A stretch of DNA of 33,592 nucleotides from a virus (lineage: Duplodnaviria; Caudoviricetes), in the IMG/VR virus record IMGVR_UViG_3300043414_000779, positions 1 through 33,592 of that record; one strand, given 5' to 3'. Positions 1 through 6,900 of this stretch are shown here, in pieces (the stretch's first letter is position 1; every line of letters starts with the position of its first letter). Position numbers and translations under genes: made by a program. Under the pieces are notes generated by a model. It searched no databases. It was not told the DNA's origin and saw only the letters and a program-made list of their open reading frames with translations.

Positions 1-252
1 TATCACCAGGGCAAGTCTGACATTCGCGAGTCGCGCGCATTTAAACGCACGCTCGACCTGTTCAATGGTGCGGCCATCGGTGCGGATATCCCAGGCGTGG
101 CGGGCAACCGCTGGGCCATGCTCAACGCAGTGACGCAGCTGGTCGACCATGAGCGCGGCCGGTCGGACAATACGCGCTTAGAGTCCGCCTGGTTTGGCAC
201 TGGCGCAGCGATTAAAAACCGCGCCCTGGAATTGCTTGCATTGCCCGCCTGA
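1..252 (+). CDS. DUF932 / TIGR03299-like phage-plasmid protein, C-terminal part (5'-truncated by window)
   Basis: Frame 1 is open from base 1 to TGA at 250-252 and is not in the ORF track. It reads YHQGKSD...GNRWAMLNAVTQLVDHERGRSDNTRLESAWFGTGAAIKNRALELLALPA. The pattern W-x-x-LNAVT-x-x-VDH...RL-x-SAWFG-x-GA-x-x-K is the typical C-terminus of this family. Confidence 0.8.
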   Translation, partial: YHQGKSDIRESRAFKRTLDLFNGAAIGADIPGVAGNRWAMLNAVTQLVDHERGRSDNTRLESAWFGTGAAIKNRALELLALPA

Positions 253-265
253 ATTGTTTTATAGT
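236..265 (+). promoter_or_regulatory. Possible sigma70-type promoter (TTGCAT-18 bp-TATAGT)
   Basis: TTGCAT at 236-241 and TATAGT at 260-265, upstream of a hairpin, the RBS motif and ORF 320. Confidence 0.35.
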
Positions 266-299
266 CCCCCTGGCCCGGCCGCGTTGGTCGGGCCCAACC

Positions 300-312
300 T
301 TAGAAAGTGAGA
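300..312 (+). promoter_or_regulatory. Repeated leader/RBS motif TTAGAAAGTGAGA, copy 1
   Basis: Identical 13-mer at 300-312 and 693-705. Each copy lies 7 nt before an ATG and follows a GC hairpin. Confidence 0.6.
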
Positions 313-319
313 GAACAGC

Positions 320-604
320 ATGGCTCAGAAAACCGTTCAAACCGTACAATTCGGTTCCAACACGTTCGCGGTTCCTTCAACCGTTAAGCTTGCGGACCTG
401 TTAGTCCTGGTCGGATTACAGGCGGTCCGCTCGACCTATAATTCGGACCCCTGGAAAGTGTTCGAATATCTGGATGACGAATCCGTCCAGCTGACCATCG
501 GGACAAAAACCGTATATCAGGATTCCGAATCGGCCGAAAACGCAAAAAAAGCTTTCGCGCGTGATCGCGAATTAGCACGGGAAGCCGAGACTTCCAGCGA
601 CTGA
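320..604 (+). CDS. Hypothetical phage protein (94 aa)
   Basis: ATG start with purine-rich leader, protein-like composition, followed by a terminator. Confidence 0.75.
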   Translation: MAQKTVQTVQFGSNTFAVPSTVKLADLLVLVGLQAVRSTYNSDPWKVFEYLDDESVQLTIGTKTVYQDSESAENAKKAFARDRELAREAETSSD

Positions 605-627
605 CGACCTGGTCGCATTGCCCACAG

Positions 628-652
628 AAAACCGGCCCCTGGCCGGTTTTTT
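628..652 (+). terminator. Rho-independent terminator (possibly bidirectional)
   Basis: AAAACCGGCC-CCT-GGCCGGTTTTTT hairpin with U-tract. An identical core is at 1769-1792. Confidence 0.7.
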
Positions 653-692
653 CGTTTATGATTCTGATTCGGGTCTATCCCGGACCCGGCCA

Positions 693-705
693 TTAGAAAG
701 TGAGA
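693..705 (+). promoter_or_regulatory. Repeated leader/RBS motif TTAGAAAGTGAGA, copy 2
   Basis: Identical to 300-312. Preceded by the CGGGTC...GACCCG hairpin and followed by ATG at 713. Confidence 0.6.
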
Positions 706-712
706 ATTGATT

Positions 713-1420
713 ATGTTACGTACCGTCGCACGCTCTTCGAATTCGAAGACAGGCCCCATTGCTGTCACCTATCGGTCCGGCCAGCATTCGACCTATGCCA
801 GCTGTCCGGCCAGCTGTCCTCTCAACCCCAGGCCGGCCGAATCGACCGCCCAGGTCGACAAGGCTTACTTGCGGGCCCTGTTAGTGGCTGTCCCGAAGGA
901 TGGCCAGGCCTGGACCTATTCGCATTACCACTGGTCGAAACTGCCAGCTGCGGGCCCTGGTTGGACCGTCATTAACTATTCGGCCGATACCATCCAGGAC
1001 GCTGTCGCAGCTGTCCGACATGGCCGGCCAGCTGTCCTGGCCGCGGCACCCGCCGAGACTCGCGACAGCTGGCCTATGACGCATGACGGGGTTCGATTCG
1101 TGGTTTGCCCAGAACAGCTGGCCCCGGCCGGCTCCGACTTCAGCTGTTCCACTTGCGGTAACGGCCGGCCGCTGTGCGCCCGGCCGGATCGGGACTACGT
1201 GATTGTGTTCCTGGCCCATGGGACAGGTCGCAAGCTTGCTGAGTCGAGCGACCAGGGCGGATGCTATGCCGCTAGCGGGCCTACTGCGATCCAGTGGCAC
1301 GGGACGCGGACAGCTGGCCAGGCGGATGACGCTGCAGCTGTCCGGCGCTTCGCTCGGTCCCTTCCGCCTGGTTCTCTACTGCGGCACCATGTAGCCGGCG
1401 ATATCGGGCGGACAGCATGA
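713..1420 (+). CDS. Cys-rich phage protein, probable metal/Fe-S binding (DUF7227 / gp88-like superfamily)
   Basis: Motifs SNSKTGPIAV, SCPASCP, WTYSH, CPEQ, CSTCG...LCAR, FLAHG, GCYA and RHHVAGD. ATG at 713 is preferred over TTG at 707 because of leader spacing. Confidence 0.65.
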   Translation: MLRTVARSSNSKTGPIAVTYRSGQHSTYASCPASCPLNPRPAESTAQVDKAYLRALLVAVPKDGQAWTYSHYHWSKLPAAGPGWTVINYSADTIQDAVAAVRHGRPAVLAAAPAETRDSWPMTHDGVRFVVCPEQLAPAGSDFSCSTCGNGRPLCARPDRDYVIVFLAHGTGRKLAESSDQGGCYAASGPTAIQWHGTRTAGQADDAAAVRRFARSLPPGSLLRHHVAGDIGRTA

Positions 1421-1512
1421 CCTGGGCAGCTGTCGCAATCATTCACTGGGCTATCACTTCAATCATTGGACCTGGGCCCAGTCGGGCCAGGCGCACTAAC
1501 AGGAGAGCTTGA
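1417..1512 (+). CDS. Small putative membrane peptide (31 aa)
   Basis: ATGA overlap with the upstream stop. MTWAAVAIIHWAITSIIGPGPSRARRTNRRA has a hydrophobic N-terminus and basic tail. Below the ORF-track cutoff. Confidence 0.45.
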   Translation: MTWAAVAIIHWAITSIIGPGPSRARRTNRRA

Positions 1513-1514
1513 AT

Positions 1515-1745
1515 ATGACTAGGGCTGTTTACATCCGCTCGCACCGGGGCTACACGCTGCGAGTAGGGCATGACCGCGATTGTGGTGACTACAACGCTGT
1601 CATCCGGGGACCGGATCCGGCCAGGCCGGCCAGGCCAGCTGTCCTGGCCAGTTATTACACGTCGGACCTGGCCGATGCCATTGCGACAGGCGAGCATGAG
1701 CTCGCAGCTGCCCTGTCCCTGGTCGAGCTCGACCTGCCCGATTAA
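1515..1745 (+). CDS. Hypothetical phage protein (76 aa)
   Basis: AGGAGA RBS at 1501-1506, ATG at 1515, followed by a terminator. Confidence 0.7.
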   Translation: MTRAVYIRSHRGYTLRVGHDRDCGDYNAVIRGPDPARPARPAVLASYYTSDLADAIATGEHELAAALSLVELDLPD

Positions 1746-1768
1746 GCCTGGCCAGCTGTCCCCGTTCT

Positions 1769-1792
1769 AACCGGCCCCTGGCCGGTTTTTTT
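1769..1792 (+). terminator. Rho-independent terminator
   Basis: AACCGGCC-CCT-GGCCGGTTTTTTT, the same sequence as the 628-652 hairpin. Confidence 0.75.
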
Positions 1793-1899
1793 ATGCCTGG
1801 TCCCAGCTGCCCTGGCCAGCTGTCGCAGCTGTCCAGGAAACCCGGCCCTGGTCCGCGGGCCCTGGACCAGTCGCAATGGCCAGCTGTACCTGGCCCGCT

Positions 1900-1957
1900 G
1901 GCCTTGTTTGTATCCACATGCAAACAATCGGGCCTTGTTTGTATCTACATGCAAACA
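1900..1957. repeat. Two 27-bp direct repeats (period 31), each an imperfect palindrome
   Basis: GGCCTTGTTTGTATC(C/T)ACATGCAAACA at 1900-1926 and 1931-1957, with internal inverted repeat TGTTTGTAT-N4-ATGCAAACA. Confidence 0.9.
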
Positions 1958-1959
1958 GG

Positions 1960-2052
1960 CCAGGTGCTCGCCCAGCTGGCCCCGGCCGGGTTGCCCAGGT
2001 GCTCGCCCAGCTGGCCCCGGCCGGGTTGCCCAGGTGCTCGCGCAGCTGGCCC
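1960..2052. repeat. 35-bp tandem repeat, about 2.7 copies
   Basis: CCAGGTGCTCGCCCAGCTGGCCCCGGCCGGGTTGC at 1960-1994 and 1995-2029, plus a partial third copy at 2030-2052. Confidence 0.9.
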
Positions 2053-2417
2053 AGGTTGACCGGGCCCAGCTGGCCCTGGCCAGGTTGACCAGGCTTGCGG
2101 GCCATGGCCCCTGGCCCGTGCTACCTGGTAAATGTTGCACTGCAGCGACCAGGTGGTGCTAGATCCAGGCGTGGCGCGGGCTCCGGGCATTGTGCACTGC
2201 ACCATGGCCCTAGGCTCCCCGGCCCCGATGCGTGGCTGGCACGGGTTATGCTTGGGCCCCGGCCCCCGGTTTTCGGCCCCCCGTCCGGGCTACGCAGGCT
2301 TTAGCCCGATTTCACACTGTCAATGACGACCGTAAACACATTTGGCAAAAGAGGCCCCCTTTGTTTACAATGCTTCTTGTTAAAAAATTTTTTGCAAATT
2401 TTTAAAGCAATTGAGAA

Positions 2418-3875
2418 ATGACCCCTGAAGAAGCAGATGCACACAGGCTAAGACTTGAATACCGGCTTGCAAAGCTTGAGGTATTGGACAAAGCAAAAGG
2501 CGACTTTCTTTCCTTTGTCCGTTATGTATGGCCCGAAGCAATCCTTGGCGCGCACCATGAAAAGATGGCCGATGCCTTTAACAGAGTTGTTAATGGCTCT
2601 TTAAAAAGGCTAATTATTAATATGCCCCCGCGGCACACGAAGTCTGAGTTTGCGTCTTATCTGCTGCCTGCTTACGTCATGGGCCATGGTCCGCGGACCA
2701 AGATCATTCAGGCGACGCACACGGGTGAGTTGGCTGTGCGGTTTGGTCGGAAGGTGAGGAATTTGATGGATTCGACGGAGTATAGGGAGGTGTTTCCGAA
2801 GGTTGTGTTGCAGGCGGATAGTAAAGCGGCGGGTAGGTGGGAGACGGACAAGGGTGGGGAGTATTTTGCTGTTGGTGTTGGTGGTGCGATGACGGGGCGT
2901 GGTGCGGATTTGTTGGTGATTGATGATCCGCATTCGGAGCAGGATGCGATGAGTGAGACGGCTTTGGACAATGCGTGGGAGTGGTATACGTCTGGTCCGC
3001 GGCAGCGGTTGCAGCCTGGTGGGTCGATTGTTGTTGTGATGACGCGGTGGGGGACGAAGGATTTGACGGCGCGGTTGGTGAAGCAGCAGACGTCGCACAA
3101 GGCGGATGTTTGGGAGGTGATTGAGTTTCCGGCGATTTTGCCGTCTGGTAATCCGTTGTGGCCGGGGTTTTGGCAGTTATCGGAGTTGCAGAGTGTGAGA
3201 GCGGCGTTGTCGGTGCAGAAGTGGCAGGCGCAGTGGCAGCAGCAGCCGACGAATGATGAGGGTGCGATTTTGAAGAGGGAGTGGTGGAAGGTGTGGCCTT
3301 CGGACAATCCGCCGGCTGTGGATTACATTATTCAGTCGTATGACACGGCGTATTCGAAGAAGGAGACGGCGGATTTTAGTGTGATCACGACGTGGGGTGT
3401 GTTCCATCCTGATCAGGACTCGGGGCCTAATATTGTGTTGATGGATGTGAAGAAGGGGAGGTGGGACTTCCCGGAGTTAAAGCGGGTGGCGAAGGCGCAG
3501 TATGATTATTGGAAGCCGGATAATGTGTTGATTGAGGCGAAGGCAACGGGTGTGACGTTGCAGCAGGAGTTGAGGAGGGTGGGGATACCTGTGACGATGT
3601 ATTCTCCTGGTGGCCGGCGGGCGGGTACGGACAAGATATCGAGGGCGAATTCTGTTGCGCCGATGTTGGAGGCGGGGATGGTGTGGGCACCGGACACGGA
3701 TTGGGCGGAGGCGTTGGTGGAGGAGTGTGCTGCGTTTCCGAATGGGGACAATGACGACATGGTGGACAGCACGACGCAGGCTTTGATGAGGTTTCGGGCG
3801 GGGAATTTTATTGCGTTGGAGACGGATGAGCCGGATGAGCCTAGTGGACAAGAGCTTGTGACGGAGTACTATTAG
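2418..3875 (+). CDS. terL: Terminase large subunit
   Basis: Walker A-like LIINMPPRHTKSE, Walker B LLVIDDP, coupling motif VVMTRW, and nuclease acidic motifs QSYDTA, IEAKATG and DDMVDS. Confidence 0.96.
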   Translation: MTPEEADAHRLRLEYRLAKLEVLDKAKGDFLSFVRYVWPEAILGAHHEKMADAFNRVVNGSLKRLIINMPPRHTKSEFASYLLPAYVMGHGPRTKIIQATHTGELAVRFGRKVRNLMDSTEYREVFPKVVLQADSKAAGRWETDKGGEYFAVGVGGAMTGRGADLLVIDDPHSEQDAMSETALDNAWEWYTSGPRQRLQPGGSIVVVMTRWGTKDLTARLVKQQTSHKADVWEVIEFPAILPSGNPLWPGFWQLSELQSVRAALSVQKWQAQWQQQPTNDEGAILKREWWKVWPSDNPPAVDYIIQSYDTAYSKKETADFSVITTWGVFHPDQDSGPNIVLMDVKKGRWDFPELKRVAKAQYDYWKPDNVLIEAKATGVTLQQELRRVGIPVTMYSPGGRRAGTDKISRANSVAPMLEAGMVWAPDTDWAEALVEECAAFPNGDNDDMVDSTTQALMRFRAGNFIALETDEPDEPSGQELVTEYY

Positions 3876-3917
3876 GGATTAAAATAGGGCAACTTTAACC
3901 TTTTGGTAGGGCACGGC

Positions 3918-6900
3918 ATGGAACTGGACATCAACGCGCTTTCTCGTCCTTATGATCCGTCGGTGGATGACGAGATGCCGGAAATGCCTGTTCAGAGTTT
4001 TGTTAGTGGTGGGGATGTTGGCGGCATTGGTTACGAGAAGGTAGATCCGCCTGTAAAGCCTTCTCCTTTTCAGTTTACCTATCCGTCTGGTGGCAGCTCT
4101 AATCTAGTTGGTGGGTCGAGTGTTCGAATCGATTCGGAGAAATATTTTGATCCGGCGGAGGCAGTCAGGCGGCAGGAAGAGTCGGATAAGTATTTTCAAA
4201 ATTCGTCTAATAATCGGTTAAGTAATAGCGCGTATATAAATAACACGCAGTCGAGTTACAACCCGTATGTTGCGACGATGCCGATAGACCCGGCGACTGG
4301 TTTGCCTAAGAGTCCGCAGAGCTATACCGTGTACGAGGCTCAAGATCCTAAAGCCGAGGGGCCTCCCGTGATTAATCAAAAGGCGACTTCGGAAAAGATG
4401 TTGGCGGATTACACGAAGGCGATGAATGCTGTCCCGGTGTCATTTGCGTTTGACCCGAATGCGCCTCGGTCGTACAACGCGCCTCAGATGCCTACGACGG
4501 CGGACTTTATTGCGCGACGCGATAAGGCCGGTGCGGGTGTTCCGATCATGGGTCAGTATAAAGATCCAAATATGTATAGCCGTGAGGCCAACCCGAATTA
4601 CATGCAGTTCAAATCTAACCCGTATGCTCCGATAACGACCATGCCCATCGAAAATCCAAACAACGGTGGCGGCACGGTAGACATACAAGTTGTTGTATAC
4701 GGTCCAGATGGGAAGATGTATAGCAGCCCTGCTGCGGCTAGGGCCGCGGGTGTAACTAATTACACGAGTATCCCACCTGGTTCAACCGTAAAGGGATCTG
4801 GAGCTGGTTCGAAGGTGGGTGGGTATGTCAATGGCGGGATGGTTCAGCATTTTGCTGAAGGCGGGTCCGCTTGGGCAGTAGATTCGCAGGGCCGTTTAGT
4901 ATCTCCCGATTGGCAAAAGTATGGCGATGCCAATTTGACTTACTCTTTCGACCCTTCCTTGTTTAAAGATCGGTACGGTGAAGTGCGCAGTGCTGATGAT
5001 TTTGCAGAACAGCTTCGGGAATATGGTGATTTACCGCCTAACCAAAGACTGGCGGCAGCAAATACCTATATGTACCATCTTACGGGTAATGAAGGGTATT
5101 TGAACAAGAAGAATGCGGGTTATGAGCATGGTCCGACGGCTTTCGGCACAAATCCTTGGACAGAGGCTACATACAATCCTGGAATTTCTACAGCTGACAT
5201 AAGCAATCCCACAACAAATCCTACGCCCACTGGTGGTGCGAAGGGAGGTGGTGCGACGGGAGGTGGTGCGACGGGAGGTGGTGCGGCCCCAATTGTTGGT
5301 TCAAAGGACATTGATGATGTAATTGGGAACAAGCCTCCCGGAACTACTGGCAAGGGGGTTTCTGTTGCGCCTGGGACAAACATCCCCTTCCAGCCGTTGC
5401 CGGGTTCGGGGCAGACCACGACTGCCAAAGCAGATTTAACATCGTTCAATCCGTCCTATGAAATTAATAAAAACCTGAATCCGTCCATTGGCCAGTTGCC
5501 TCCAGGATTTAGTTTTGACCCTAACAAGTACTTTACTCCGTCGCAGGCACAGACCAAGATTGCAGCCAACCCAAATCTGACCCCTACGGCAGTGGGTTTG
5601 TATACGCAGGACACGGATCGTTTAGGCAATGTAATTGCAATCCCGACGATTGATCCGTTGAAATTCCAGTCGTTTTACACAACCCCGGTAACGCGCGCAG
5701 CGGGAGGCTTGGTTGAGGACGATGAGGACACGGAGGCGTCTGGCGCGAAGCAGATGTTGAAGGGTTATGAGCAGTTGACCGGGCCGCGTGAGACGCGGGT
5801 CACGAAGTCTCCGAATGCGCAGTCTGTCAGGTCGCGTCAGGTTAGTCAGGTTGTGGACAAGCAGGGTCGTCCTGCTGGGATGGGCATGACGTATGAGTCG
5901 ATGACCACGGCCCAAGGACCAAGCCAGGCGTCTCCTGAGCAGTTGGCTACGGCGAAGGCGATGTTGGCGGACCTGATGCGACAGAATTTGACGAAGCGAA
6001 GGTTCGCGGAAGGGGGAGAAGCCTCAAATTTTACGAGCGGGGCATCTGATAAAAAGGGTGCCCCGGTCCACATGCAGGCGGGTGGGTTTCTTTCTGCTCT
6101 TGCCAAAGAAGTTTTAGCAAGCAAAGGTCGTTTTGGCTTAAAGCGGTTGGAACGTGCTGCGGATGAAATACCCAACCTTGACAAGTTGTACACAGAAAAA
6201 GCGTTGGAGCGTGCGTTTTTGGGGGACAACGCCAAGGCCCTAATGACTATAAATCCAAAAGACTTTGAAAAATACGCGTCTCCTTTGTGGTGGCTTGACA
6301 AATCTCCTGAAGAACTCGCGTCATATCATTTAAATAAAATTGGAAGTAAAGCAAACATTCGCGACCTTCAAAAAATAAAAACGGGATTTAACGATGTTCC
6401 TTTTTTGGAGATTGACAAAGCGGTGGAAGGATCGACTAAGGTTCTTCCAAAAATTAAAGGTCATGAAGGGCGTCACCGCAATCGTGCGATGGCGGCCAAT
6501 AATGAACAGTCAGGCCTTGTTATCTTGAGCCCTCGAAGCGGGTTGCGTGAGTCGTTTCCTCGTAAATACCCCGACGAATACCTTGATGCGCTTAAAAAAG
6601 AATTGGGTCTGACGGGCAACAAAGTGTCTCCAGAGGGCTATTACACTGGCGAAGGCGATTATGAAATGAACTTCATAAAACGGCCTCCAGTAGACTTGCC
6701 TGACCTTTATGCAGATGGAGGCTATGTAGAGCCAACAAATCCGTTTGGTGGTAAGGCGGCAACGCAGGCAAAGCGGCGTGCGGAAGCAGAGGAGCGGGCC
6801 AGGATTGCTGCAGCGCGGGAAAAAGTTGCACGGGCCCCGGTTTTAGACAAAGTTGCTGCTGAAACAACGGATGAGTTTATTAAGCGTACTTCTGGGATTG

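Noticed and set aside
1900-2052. Possible CRISPR mini-array
   Set aside because: The repeats are adjacent or separated by only 4 bp, with no unique spacers and no cas genes.
1742-2326. Multiple overlapping ORFs on both strands in the repeat tract
   Set aside because: Low-complexity P/G/A/R translations of GC-rich repeats, with no RBS, lying downstream of a terminator.
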